DNA from: a virus
Length of the DNA: 64,000 nt
Virus record (IMG/VR): IMGVR_UViG_3300025401_000016
Coordinates: 36,828-100,827 of that record
Direction: 5' to 3' (one strand)
Positions 15,001 to 23,400 of the stretch are shown piece after piece. Position numbers and translations under genes: made by a program. Numbering within the stretch: the stretch's first letter is position 1; each line of letters opens with the position of its first letter. A model generated the notes under the pieces. That model did no database searches. It saw only the letters and a list, made by a program, of their open reading frames with translations, and was not told the DNA's origin.

Positions 15001-15345
15001 TTACTATTAACTGATGATACCATATATGTAAATGATGTTTCACGAATTGTAGATATTACAACGACTGATACTAATATTGTACAGATTAACGGTGAGAAAA
15101 TAAGATTTTTATTATTAGATCCTATCAATAATGCATTGGTTGGGTTAGTCCGCGGGGTATTAGGTTCAGCAGTCTCAGAAACTCATTCAAAATATGACAT
15201 TGTTTATGGTAGAAATAATAAAGTAAAACTAGATCCAATGTACTATACAGAGACATGGGAAAGTAAAAACATCAATAGCAAGGGTGATCCATTACAATTA
15301 AGCACTGGTTCAGTACCCAATTTCTTAAATTACGGACATTATTAA
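1..15345 (+). CDS. Giant virion structural protein (baseplate/tail-associated), 5'-partial, >5,100 aa
   Basis: Frame is open from base 1 (VDVLKTIANN...RAKRPIIEF), so the true start is upstream of the window. T/S/N/G/Y-rich; FG-GAP-like propeller motifs (FGSSLACNISGSELLVGTP), Asp-box repeats (SSPDGTTW, STDGVTW), F/YxGDG repeats; lies upstream of fibre genes. Confidence 0.75.
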   Translation, partial: VDVLKTIANNNNISPIASAALASTTNRAKRPIIEFYPNLRLFDHGINGKDTIDYFDNITPNALSTIAGGSLNVYYPDGPTSALFDGARVVFAADNDINVRNKIYTCHVATINNKQIITLSVAFDGNIEYLDNVHVSRGESNAGYSFYFDGNQWLNCQEKQTVNQSPLFDLFDKNGNSLSDQEYYPGSDFKGCTLFEYLLGSNPLDPVLNLPISYSGVGNLNDIVFQTSLNANTFNYVINNTSYNEQVNIGYVHSYDKNNQLVRKIGWNTAVERSFQYQIFNFVYNSVTMPNGPIFVADVMIKDSMSTMWPTIVVYVDNSVVDSTNYTVTNTNDTTSITITSSISDGTHVDIMLYSDQTSNIGYYDIPTNLDHNPFNETITTLTSGDIRGHYKSICNNLAGNLIGTSFGANNYRDLGDVTGYGTRIIQNSSSLPIAAAFIRKQSANFFNGLIYNSNEYVKFKSTLVYTVDQQNYTPYDSAAYMLDDTLSIMVGVKSPDNSFFWSDMIPNQNPTISNSYAFRIGLSKALFPLSRVYDFTVANYYGVLAYVNRTVDGLPVQLQLAKDIDYVIVDNYLEIIVPLNDGDVITVNEYDQTYGSYIPNTPTKLGFYPKYVPTVILDDTYSTPTYFIIGHDGSYTKLYGEYNNGLLQDFRDKVLYEFELRVYNNMKVNTTFAIQPNDIRPGFFRDTGYSYDEYMSIYTTNFLNWVGLNRINYTNQFYDSTDDYTYNYNTAISSLSNTTFNSGNWRGIFLNLYDTCNPHDRPWEMLGFVIEPSWWQTRYGAAPYTSDNLLLWTDLSNGFIYNNGNSYIDKNYVRDGLLKIIPVDENGNLLSPFRIKGLIKRYKITDFKNNWSVGDVGPAEYSYIKSSSYPFDLMRIYALLKPSDFFCLGLDLDGYRYNTEFNQFLTDDRYRTSLTNINVYGNGQGLARSLQDQYAKHSYLNWLVDYLNQYGVGSSETIANTLASLDVRLAYRMAGFSDQNQLQFLIEKGSPNSTSNSLLIPDDSYSILLYQNEPNDIIVYSSVIVQKTLTGYKVFGNSQNKAYFLSYAPYYNNLVNPITVANTTVNIPITYTTTVITTPYGTEFSSVQLLCEFLKGYGNYLESQGMQFNDIENNVAITWDQMIAEILYWYNSGWEVGSTINVNPNANTLTIDTGSTVVQPLTDYTHNFVLNQNLVQFPLESLAITRIDTQFTVKSLSQADAISYFKSTLSSVEHAVVFNNVTVFNDVVFNLLTGLRQQRLYLRGTKSNNWNGTLYAPGFIINQSNVEPWTPNTQYYKGDTVLYKNSYYMANIPVIIPSDVFTASNWIKTQYQNIHKGLIANPNTRASESQLYYDTHSSNLQNDADLLGYSLIGYRPRSYLSDINLTDPSQVNLYQSMIALKGTENALNILQSIDLNAIQFNYSMYENWLVQKSEYGGILNQNFIEFTLDGGMLTGNPAIVSVIVDKPVSASQQEVPLYSLTNYGRLLDNTNILPLKTTQNTKGLPSAGYANLNDTTYYSYNLNQLPNSTIYNLYGDDYIYLADSNGDWGMYCAIPIKDVRVTHVINNLNGTVTITFTKSPLLNVGDMIGILNFDTRVDGYYTIDVVVNNTTYIITLTLSNNVTQVTSGTASFVFNLESVRLSSPIGLLNLSLPYEYSNNLVWVDSDKNNNWAVLEKSLNYTKQNFLGSISGNETYGDSVNYVPGVGYVVGDSTLGNVYTYAKTDNGYILRNTISHTPPFGKTIARNDEFLLVSSPDSSLTYIYIYRIVQSPEIEALVPEQILSFALDTPVGNTMTVSGDGQLLFLSIDGYRTNSLSDTWVIPPTVLVYKRNPSYTYQHIKSTQEITINGTPVYELMRLSEATLPDKKYFKVMGDQTVNGDIHTGARVTFYQYTQFGTSSIYSFGYIPQAYTKPAVVVTGGSGTSASFDVTLNQTRYTAAIHAAGTGYTVNDILTIPYTILDGLSTTNNLVIKVVTVSSTGQITSASIVSGVANGYNLNTDPADSQSVLFKATGFPNSSNNYLQQYRKYYLKLTGTIPVGTVISFDPTADIVDYTLTANNTYYGTLLTGITATNKVSTSGTGTVKFDVDVNGATYLNATPSLGYLGTGYAVNDTLTILGSSLGGVDTTNDLVLQVTAIGTSGSIAQVEIVSGTAVSSEYTTLYLDNSNLQATLFAETFIALDYGPSHVSSYILSDTSNAVYVYKNMLPNYVTIITSKYDIISDVTTYFTVEYIGYSVTGVNTYVRSVNNQFSLVGNLNNAISQDPATGLYSLGQVPTNSFGSSIANSYNGDKLFIGSPTSNFNDAIANVGYVYIYTRLSETWEVQYDVASTDFYTLILPWVPDPSSSVYINGAMLETNQYVVLNLLSQGCFLLIGPRVHAGDIITLSSPNFVLDARIASYDSLAQLHQGQKFGSSLACNISGSELLVGTPYDVTVKGQEGAVYRYTNEGKKFGTITALIAANNQLGATYILLNGYRVTIPASADAYDVANAINEFAVPNIIAYVYDAPTGENLLRIRLLNQDLISGDNKLNIAVFNGNFLYELGISSYIKTQTIREPHPQNSSRFGLKLAFNEASSFVVTAPRATRYLNTVFDLIDANNSHNNTVFDNNLTIFEDSFSNAGAAYVYDYVTPYKETLLNTGQFIFGQAVNDTIIDYGPTPEYGLSVAFSNNIIMVGSPNFKSNTQIQTLTFMGDGTTKRFGPLADGITIFQLLVKVDGLPLKAITDTMYYNGDGVRTIFPIPGQLQPSDLLVTVNNAQKVPYTDYITSGNNLTFTTVPGSGSVVAITGLSSNTFRLDSNMSGGLHILFYSAPSNNSVITVVENLTSSVNGYAAENGSVIIYENTKGITNWHTYRSPCEIVDVAKINKVQLYNNIDNTNLDSLDYFDPLNGKLLGAVKENIDYISSNDPAGYNSDVSHASGKNTWGQDHVGKLWYDTSTSKYLDYHQDDLSYNSSYWGYLFPGSIVSVYTWISSSVDPSMYKGPGTVYNTNLYAVSYSTTSASQLNATYYFWVRNTNTLYGDKTLTDTVLENYISDPQNSGITYFAPLTSNTFALYNSRDNINGLNTNIHIGYSSGNGQSVSHAEYELIRANFADDFLPGFIDNNLGITSPTGLYSVLLDSFAGADEAGEIVPNFRLPAYLQVGINVRPRQSMFINRFNALKNYLTYANNIIIQYPINDYSAPSFLYTTGEYYNTSNYWYNVYWWQTGYDNNTKTAVEVSTYSDLLKLTPTSGLIVGVRQNNKGKREIYIYNNNIWSRIGLQDGTIQFSSALWDYTNNLIGFGNSFFDTTPFGYFPSIETRYIIRALNEQIYVNELLEHRNKSLILIFEYIQSENIAGHNYLPWLNKSSFVDIDYVVRSLIQTPNYRPDNDILISGYVDEIKPYHSVVRNIEYKYTVQDNTETYSTDFDLPPLYNKTSGKFTSPNLVYNVKQLGTGNYLASDPIWQNTNYSDWINNYGLSLVDSPNYIVCLLKTYASAADSILYVNNARGLPIEGIMKIDNEVIAYNTIDIEHGTISGLTRGLNQTVVVEHFAGASVIMDLPAIVVLDSGRGYIDPPTVTAVIDTTIYPAPIVPAVLKPIMSGDRVVGVTVVNPGKNYPTVPEIVISSSYNVSFTSDQINYAASTIVLPTTYLVTGDLIRSTSDSSTQTTVADGYYYIYVLAQLVGGELVEITLHKSFSDSLAGNGKVQLVPPTNLVTYTFGLTAQAVPQVSNTVVRGLSPKLRFDRTSYEPKIVPWKPSLFYSSPYAGVGSDISQTLGLNYGTVINTIPDSGTVSPSGGTGATFTIYNMLLGGTYDAVIVHSGTGYHVNDVITIAGNLLNGATTANDCRITVTAVKNIYNNGQGMNQDSTSGSGTGALFIITSNGSTYTVTSGYHYGTGYVANDTITFVGTRFGGATPANDLVITVTSANASGAIAQGGFTYAGTPVNTGSITSVSVAGIPITANIGASATGVLLPITNSTTDGNGDIVVSFNYAVSGMTPAQIQGSPIYFYNSNEYYTYDDTLNSGAKLEIYRPRFDPYNLREEYTVKVISSGNIYNDNSVIVIAGTNLGGTSPANDATIFITTGEATGNHPISTVRVTGVSYDAFDIYYAKPVNNTDVQVYVDSTMKIPLKASHYTYTNYVSLSTGTNPVSYAYIPEPIYAGESYIYDESSYVIYNDIAYRCIQSNNDSTFIASKWVKVNQDDVNLNALDRIATYYSPTSNMLPKDIKQLIAGVSYPDNVYYGNSFSPEDSYPIDVVVAGQEFYPTNVNIISLIYDGTHYIGLSENSQHSSVLSSTDGIHYNNNTVSTQPLSVTSITYYDPYQQYLVTTGVAENPIMLSYDLENWVTVGATVNKFGVSHFDETPFDVNQISCPPGVLNSITVAQGYYYAAGETILSSPDGTTWTTVSPSDNSTRMLYCIKNIVTSHFDGFVAVGGETIVTSDAGTSAPATTNASTIIYSTDGVTWTVLTPYITTNTLYTICSSPTTIVVAGDNGCVYTTLNGTTWSTPTITPTVTTKLNSSTYALGKFVIVGDNGTILTSSDGLTFDKVIVNVNYNFNSITFDGTYLYIGADGGNIYRSNNPSTTWLDVSVIGQPSNQIDPLEKLPYVTVKGNDFLFGYGPEELVPGVMTDIVSIRVITTPGSHWDDNDLILQNVGGSYIGYTNFNKAHQLVTVTAQKFSFSNLVVNPAQLSVFLFDSTDGTGTGTRLYQTIDYTINWITKVVTLVNSVDSMKSIVVEVYEIGNGNQYARGTSDNIPLQTNSLTGLSEIHIQHAYIPQDNNPVCYHNGNKLVYETDYFVTYSGGEYNYTIISFANTYDQSIDFISFALLDTSKNHLNLYEIGYSIPETQVFSYTSSSVFNLSSNITVNTPNATNAIVEKNGLRLASSDYTIDTTANTLTISASLSAGDHVAITTFNETKRLFLNTKTSTSLSGSSVTLTMDQPVDSGTYPDVTPYYYTNALVYINGKIISPDLYSFQTGTNTITITPKTSVSSGDVVTVLAMVTGATPNSNTFTIDIDKNSNMSIYRDNDVDGTWLVQDLLLTDDTIYVNDVSRIVDITTTDTNIVQINGEKIRFLLLDPINNALVGLVRGVLGSAVSETHSKYDIVYGRNNKVKLDPMYYTETWESKNINSKGDPLQLSTGSVPNFLNYGHY

Positions 15346-15360
15346 TAGATAAATAACATA

Positions 15361-15507
15361 ATGAGTGAAAAAGAACCAGAAAAAATTGAAGTTGAAGAAC
15401 AAAAAAAGCCGGTTGACGAACAATCCGGCATATACTTTAGCTCCAGCGTAAAGATTTACGATCCTAACACCAGTGAAGTGATAGTTCAAATTAGAGGCGA
15501 TAATTAA
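15361..15507 (+). CDS. 48-aa small protein (not in ORF track), probable virion component
   Basis: MSEKEPEKIE...VKIYDPNTSEVIVQIRGDN*; GATAAATA box 5 nt upstream; TAATG overlap with next gene, which shares the KIYDPxTxEV motif. Confidence 0.75.
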   Translation: MSEKEPEKIEVEEQKKPVDEQSGIYFSSSVKIYDPNTSEVIVQIRGDN

Positions 15508-16124
15508 TGTTTAATAGCATACCATTTACAATTAGAGGATTTCTAAAAATATATGATCCTGTGACACAGGAAGTATTTTTAGAAAAAGACAACGCTATTC
15601 ACTATGAAAATATGAGCATTGCAATTGCTGATAGTCTTAGTAATAGGGGTGTAGGTACCATTTATCAAATGGGGTTTGGTAACGGTGGTAGTAGCGTGGA
15701 TACTACTGGTATTATCACATATTTACCAACCAATACAACTGGACAAAATGCTAGTTTGTATAATCAAACATATGCAAAAATCATTGATGATACAAACATA
15801 TTAAACACCAATCCAATTAGAAATAAAATGAGTAGCAACCATTCAACAGGTAAAGTCTACACAGATATTATTGTTTCTTGTTTATTAGATTATTCAGAGC
15901 CATCTGGACAGACAGCTTTTGATAATGGTACATACATGCAAAGTGATTTTGTTTTTGACGAAATCGGATTATTAGCAAATTACGGAACAGATAGTAATGG
16001 TGGAAAAATAACTAAACTACTAACTCATGTTATTTTTCATCCAGTACAAAAAAGTTTAAACCGTCAAATTCAAGTTGACTATACAGTTCGTGTACAAAGC
16101 TTGACTAATATGGTTACAATTTAA
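15507..16124 (+). CDS. Phage structural (baseplate/tail) protein
   Basis: 205 aa; FDEIGL...LLTHVIFHPVQKS...IQVDYTVRV C-terminus typical of tail/baseplate proteins; structural gene context. Confidence 0.6.
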   Translation: MFNSIPFTIRGFLKIYDPVTQEVFLEKDNAIHYENMSIAIADSLSNRGVGTIYQMGFGNGGSSVDTTGIITYLPTNTTGQNASLYNQTYAKIIDDTNILNTNPIRNKMSSNHSTGKVYTDIIVSCLLDYSEPSGQTAFDNGTYMQSDFVFDEIGLLANYGTDSNGGKITKLLTHVIFHPVQKSLNRQIQVDYTVRVQSLTNMVTI

Positions 16125-16151
16125 CATAAATATATAACGGAGAGACATTAA

Positions 16152-17405
16152 ATGGCGGCACAATATACAATATTACGTAGCAATGGTCAAGTATTGACTA
16201 CGATTCAAGATGGAACAATTAATACAACAAGCACATCGCTTTCATTGTTTGGCAGAAATTCTAGTCAATATGGAGCCGCACTTGATACTAACTTTGTTCA
16301 GTTGCTAGAAAATTTCAGTTCTCCCACACCACCTGCGAATCCAATCAAGGGTCAATTGTGGTTCAATAGTTCACAGAATACATTGAATGTATGCCCTGCT
16401 GACAATACAAGTACTGCTACTGCATGGATTACATTAACAAGTACAAATTCAGGTGGAACTGCAACATTAGGTAATTTAGTAGTAACTGGTAATGTTACAT
16501 CTGGAAATGCAAGTTTAGGAAATATTGCAACTGCAAACAACTTTACAACAGGCAATGCTACGATTACTGCAAATGTTACGGCAGCAAATGCATCATTTAC
16601 AAACGCAAATATAAGTACACTTAAAACACAAATTCTTACTGCTGGTGGAACTAGTGTAACAGGAACATTAACAGGATTATGGTCTGCCGTAGGCACAAGT
16701 TCAGGAAATGCATTAACCATTCAAACTGGAAACTTAGCAGTTAACAATACTGGAAATGTATATGGTATCTTATGTGACAAATATATGTACGCAAATGGAC
16801 AACCTTTTAATCCAAGTGGAACATACAATGATGCAAATGTATATACTTTCTTAACTGGAAGTAGCCCAGGTGGTGCACCAAGTAGCCCATTCAACGGAGC
16901 ATTGACTCCTTCTTCATTAACAACTAGCAATATATCAGCTGGTCTTACTGCTGCAGCAACAGGCAACATCACAGGTACATGGACATTGACTGCAGGATCT
17001 ACAATTCAAGCAACATATGCTGACTTGGCAGAACGTTTTGAATCAGATATGACTTATGATGAAGGAACAGTAGTTGAATTAGGCGGTGACAAAGAAGTTA
17101 CTGCAGTGGTAGATGAATTGAGTGACAGAGTATTTGGTGTAGTTAGTATGAAGGCTGCCTATGTTATGAATAGCCAACATGGATATACTAATGAAACACA
17201 TCCAGCAATCGCACTAAGTGGTCGTGTACCAGTTAAAGTTATTGGACAAGTTCGCAAAGGTGATAGATTAGTGAGCGCTGGTAAAGGTAAAGCTAGGTCT
17301 GCTACAAAAAATGAAGCAAATGCATTTAATACAATAGGTCGTGCATTAACAGATAAAGATACTTCAGATGAAGGCATAATTACAGCGTTTGTAACAGTTA
17401 AATAA
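16152..17405 (+). CDS. Tail fibre/spike protein with C-terminal intramolecular-chaperone-like (autocleaving) domain
   Basis: GQLWFN anchor, G/N/T/A-rich repeats, then YADLAE...GTVVELGG...GRVPVKV...KGDRLVS...IGRAL. Confidence 0.65.
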   Translation: MAAQYTILRSNGQVLTTIQDGTINTTSTSLSLFGRNSSQYGAALDTNFVQLLENFSSPTPPANPIKGQLWFNSSQNTLNVCPADNTSTATAWITLTSTNSGGTATLGNLVVTGNVTSGNASLGNIATANNFTTGNATITANVTAANASFTNANISTLKTQILTAGGTSVTGTLTGLWSAVGTSSGNALTIQTGNLAVNNTGNVYGILCDKYMYANGQPFNPSGTYNDANVYTFLTGSSPGGAPSSPFNGALTPSSLTTSNISAGLTAAATGNITGTWTLTAGSTIQATYADLAERFESDMTYDEGTVVELGGDKEVTAVVDELSDRVFGVVSMKAAYVMNSQHGYTNETHPAIALSGRVPVKVIGQVRKGDRLVSAGKGKARSATKNEANAFNTIGRALTDKDTSDEGIITAFVTVK

Positions 17406-17415
17406 GGATTTAGTA

Positions 17416-20400
17416 ATGACATATAAATCAAAGTCATTAGTACAAGCTATTGATTATAATACCATAATTGGTACTGGTACTACAACTTCTAGTTCCACTG
17501 CTACAATTAATGTTGTAACATATTCTGATATCAATTATGGTACTGATAATTTACAGACAGTAGATATTTTAGTTCCAAGTACTTGGGATATCACAACTAA
17601 TATTGGAACTCCACCAAAAGGTGTTGTACTTTGGATTCACGGTGGCGGTTGGATTATTGGTGATAAAAGCCAAGAACTTGGTGTTACTGTATCAAATGTA
17701 CAACTTGAATACTTAGTAAAAGCCAATTATATAGTTGTAAATGCAAATTATAGACTAGCCGCAAGTACATCACAAGATCCAACTCCTACTGGATTCTTCC
17801 CTAATAATGTCACTGACATACAACAAATTGTTAATTTTCTATTATCTGATGGTGCAGGATATACCAATGCACCTAATATTGGAGCTAGTAGAAATATGTG
17901 GAGATATACACGTGCTGCGGCTAAATCATTTGGTTTGATGGTTGCCGGTGGTTCTGCTGGTGGTCACTTGGCAATAATGGGTGTAATGCAGAATGCATTG
18001 AATAACGGAGGCATTTTCCCTACATCTGTGTTAAGTATTGTAGGACCAATGAATCTAGTAACAGCCGGTGCATCAGATGCACAGAATCCAGCTGGTACGG
18101 CAGCAGTAGGATTAATAAACACATACATGAATGGCGGAAATCCTGCATCAGCAAGCCCTTATTATCAACTATCAAATTGGTTAGCTAATAGCACTCTTGT
18201 TAATACAAATTGTAAATTTTACTTTTGGTATAATGATGCAGACACATTGGTACCAAATACAAGTATTGTTCCTTTCGCCACAAATTTACAAGCTGGATTA
18301 GCCAACGCAGCTAATGTCACACTTATTGAAGTCAATGTTGATAGTTCAGGTAATACAGGTGGTGCAGTTACAAGACCTGCAGGTAGTGATGGATATCCTA
18401 CTATATACGCAGCCTCACATAACATTCCTGGTTTGGGCCCATATTCAATACCTTCTACATTAATTAATATAGCAACACAAGCGTTTCCTACAACATATAC
18501 TCCTACTGTATTACCTAACTCAATAAATGCAGTATGGGGAACAGGCGTAGGTCCATCTGGTTATGGTCAAGCACAATTAACGCCTATCGCAGATCCAACA
18601 CTCAGTCATACAATTACTACAATCAGTGCCAAAGATTGGGAAAATGTAATAGCAGTTACTAATTTAATTGCAAATCAACAGGGTACTACGATTCCTTCAA
18701 TTACACCGCCTGTGATTGGTAGTAAAATTACAACAGATGCAAATTTAATAGCAGCCTTGCATTCAATCTATACCAATAGAAATAATAGTGTACAACAAGG
18801 TACTCCATTAACCAATACAAAAACTAGTGCAGATACATGGAATAATATAATTGTATTTCAAAATGATTTAACATTTACAGATCCAGATAGAACAAGATAT
18901 TTTTTCAATTTAGGTGGACAAATAGAATTACAATTTAGTGCTACCGATGGTGCCTCAACTAGTATAGACCACATATTCAATCAATTAGCAAGTAGTTGCG
19001 GATCTTTATACATTTCTGGTGTTAGTACAGGAACAGAAAACATTAATGGTGTTGTATATACTGGAGTAACGGTAGTAGGTGGTATACCTCCGACAACATC
19101 CAGTGGTAATATATTATTTACTACCGGTGGTTATTATGGTCTAACAACAGCTTATACTGAAATCTTTAGACGTACTGTAGGCGGATCAGGTAGCGGAGCT
19201 GGTTCATATATAAGCGTATTAGCAAAAACAAACGGAACACACGGTAATAATGGTGATAATGGTACAGTAATCAATATACAAACATGGTTTGTGCAAGTAC
19301 CTAGTGGTATACACAATGTATCTGCTGGTACCACTGTTACATGTACAGTTATACCACCTTACTTAAACCCTAACTCATATCCTGATATAACTAAATTACC
19401 GGCACATTATAGTCAAAGCGCAAGTGTTTATAAATTTAGCCAATCATGGGATGTACCAAGCAATTCATCAACTTATACTATTAATAACAAAACACTTGTA
19501 GCGGCAACATTAGGTGCCATCACATTTACTCCAACTACACAGGTTTCAGGAAAGCAATTTAGTATTAGTGTTGATGCAAGTAATGGGTATGGATTAACAT
19601 GGGCTATGACAATTGTTGGTGCTGCAAGTGCAACAAACTTGTCATACTCTGGTGCAATATCAACTGCATCAACATATACAATAAAGAAAGACGTACTTGC
19701 ACCGTCAAAACCTGATACTTTGGTAGTTACTGTTACTATAGGTACAGGACCAAGTGCAGTCGTACAAACAGCTAATTATACAGTTACTGCTCCTGTATAT
19801 ACTAATACAGTAACAATGCCAACTAACAATAGTATAAACACAGGTGATACACTAACTATCGTTTTTGCTGGTTCGCCTAACGATACAATTACTGCTACTG
19901 GTTTATATCCGCCAGATCCACAAGACGATCCTACACAAGCTTATATAGTACCATCAATACCTCAAATATTTAAACTAGATGCAACAGGTGCATATACATA
20001 TACACATTCAAATTATGCATCACTCGTACCAGTAAGCCCATTCAAATTTACATTTGTATTTGGAAATGATTCTAAAACAATTATATCTAAAACATTAACT
20101 ATAACACAAAGCGGTTCTAAACCAGTTAAAACTTATAATCTATATGCACAAGATCCTCAAGGTAATCCTAGTAGTGGAGTAAAACCCGGGGATAGCATAT
20201 ATTTTATATTAAAAACTACAAACGTACCTTATCAAACTCAAGTACCATTTACTATTGGTGGTATTAGTGCTCCGGCGGACGGAAGTATTGCATTAGCCGC
20301 AAGTGATTTTTCAAATATTAATCTAAATGGAAAAGATGAATCAATAGTAACAATTAGCGGAACACAAAATTTTATAGTTGACAGTAATGGTACTGCTGTA

Positions 20401-23400
20401 ATTATATTTACCACTAGTAAAAATATTACTATTAATAAAAGTATAACAATAACACTAACACCGAGCGTACCTAATGGTATTGGTCATGTAGTGGCTAATT
20501 CATTAACCTTAGCTAAAGGTATACCTGCTGCAATACATTTTAGCGCATTAAGTTATAGCTTTGACTGGGCAGTATCCGGAACTAATCAATTAGCTAAACC
20601 AGTGACTAGTATAGATTTACCTCCTGATTGGGCACCTGCTGCTAATTTTGCACCATTGACAGACATAAATTCATTACCAATAACATTTACTCTTGTTGGT
20701 TTTATAGGTGCAACAGTAGTAACATTTGGTGTAGCAGTAGTAGATCCGTTAACTGCAGCTATAGTAGGTAAAACTAAATCTTCGGTAATTGATCCAGGTG
20801 TAGGTACTGCAACAGTCGTAATATCAGCAAGTGATTTACCTACTACACCTAATATTGGTTCTAATAAAGCTGCAATTTATTTCTTATCGGCTACAGTAGA
20901 TAATACTATTTCTCCAGGAACAGATGGTCCTGGAGGCGGTGGCAAATATCCTTGGCAATATTATGGTAAAATGTCTATTGGACCAAATGCAAATATAATA
21001 CCTGTGTGGTATGTAAATGGACCATACAGTACAGTGAACAACACTCCTTTTGAAATGTTCCCTGCTACACCAAATAACATAGGTACCTATGCACTACCTC
21101 AAGCAACTGTGGGCACACCTTATAGCCCACAATTAATTTATGTACAAAATGGTGAATTTGATTTAGGTTATGCATTCAATGCTTCAGGTACATTGCCACC
21201 GGGGTTGAGTATTACTACTAATCCCGCATCATCTGATCCTGTTACTGGTTATAAGCAAAAACAAATAACATTATCTGGTACACCTACAACGGCAGGAACA
21301 TATACCGGATCAGTATCTTGTGTAAATGGTAATAATACACTAACACAATCATATTCTATAGTTGTAGCGGCACATGTACAGGTTGGATTTGATTCTAACT
21401 ATGTTGATGGAAAGCAAAATTCAAACATAGGTTTTAATTTCATTGTATCAGGCGGATTGTCAGGAGATACAATAACTATAAGTGGCTATTCAACACCTAA
21501 TAATGGTCCTGATTTAACTTATCAAAGACCATATGGCCCCTTTACATACACATTGGATAATAATGGAGCACTTACACTTCCATTAAATGGTGCACCAAAT
21601 ACAGATGGAACTAATTCTGGTGCATTAGATCCTGGAAAATATTATTCAACAATTAGTTTTAAGAACTCAGGTTCCCCTGTTAATATAAATTTTAGAATAG
21701 AAGGGACTAGTCAAGTAATTGCTACAAAACCAAAAACTACTACACCTGTAACACAAACTGCTACATTAGTAAATCATGATGGTAGTGGATATAATTCAGG
21801 TGGAGAATATACATCAGTACCAGTAGATATAAAATTAGTAGGAAATCCAGGTGATGTAGTATTACCATCATTAGTAGGTGGAGGAACTATCCCCACATAT
21901 CAAGTAACATTAGGCAGTACAGGAAAATATACATATAGTGCACTAACAATGCCTGCAGGTACATTTCAAATACAATTTCAATTTACTACAACTGACGGAG
22001 TTGTAACAACTATTCCGTTAGATCCTGCAACAGTTACATTTACTACACCACCAAATACCGTCACAGAAACAGTAGCATTATCACCAAATCAAACTAGTTA
22101 TGTTCAGGGTGGACCAGTATTTGTAATCTCTATATCAAATGCAACACCACATGATTATGTAACCATTACATGTAATTATGCTAGTTTCTTTACTGATTTA
22201 AATATATATGATGCATCTGCAAATCCAACTGGTACGGTACCCAATCCTTTTACTGTAGATGCTAATGGTAATTTCACTTCAGATCCTTTGCAAGGTATAT
22301 CTATTAATGATAATTATACTGTAACATTTACTTTTCTAGCAACTGGGCATTCAAAATCTGTTTCTTTCTCAATTAAGGCGCAGTCACAAACAGTTATATA
22401 TAATGATACAGCATCGTTAACTGGATATCAGTATACAGGAACAGGTACAACCGCTGCAACAACTAATTCAACAACTACTGTTACCAAAGCATATAACATG
22501 AGTATTATACTTACTGGAGCCCCCGGTGATGTAAGTATGGCAAGCGTATATACACCATTGACTGGTTCACCAGTAACAACAGCTAGTAGGGTGATTGCAA
22601 CTATTCCTACTCAAGTAGGTACTCCCACATCAGCAGGCGGAACAGTTACATATCAGCCTACTGGTTATCAGGTAGGCACATATACATTTACATTCACATT
22701 TAGTGACGGTACTGTAGTAAATAATTTTAACGGTGCTGGATCAGATTTGTCAAATGGAATACAAATTATTGCAGATCCAATAACTGCGGCTCCAGTACTA
22801 ACTGTTACTCCATCAGGTCCATATAAACAAACTGATGCAATTACAGTAACAATGAGTGGTGCTACTCCTAGTAGACAATATTATCTTAGTGGAAAAAATG
22901 GAATAATAGCTCAAGGTCAGAGCAATGGACAAGGAGTTGTGACTTTCTTAAGTAATTTTGATCCACAGTCTATTATTCATATATCAGATTTAGGTGATAA
23001 CCCCGGAGACCATGATACACTAACTACAAGCTCATCGTATAATCCACCGCTTCCGGTTGCATCAATTAATATTACACTTGCTAGTACACCCACAACGTAT
23101 AATAATGTTGTAAACTTAAATAATTTTACTCAAACTAATAATGATCCCTTGCAATATTCAACAACAGATTCAACTGTATTATTGAGTTCAACATTTAGTG
23201 GTGCGCCAGGTGATGTATATTTAAGTGGTGTTATTGCAGGAAAACAACAAACTGTAGGTACGTTATTTGTAACTATTCCACCCGGTGATCCCCCAACAGG
23301 TGGAACAATAACTTCACAGCCTCAAGCTTTCGCTGCTGGTTTATATAATCCTATTTGGACTTTTAGTGACGGCACAACAGTAAAAAACTTTAGTAATGAT

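Noticed and set aside
3304-19334. Numerous short minus-strand ORFs within the structural genes (and similar ones elsewhere in the window)
   Set aside because: Antisense shadows of long + strand genes with no motifs or expression signals.
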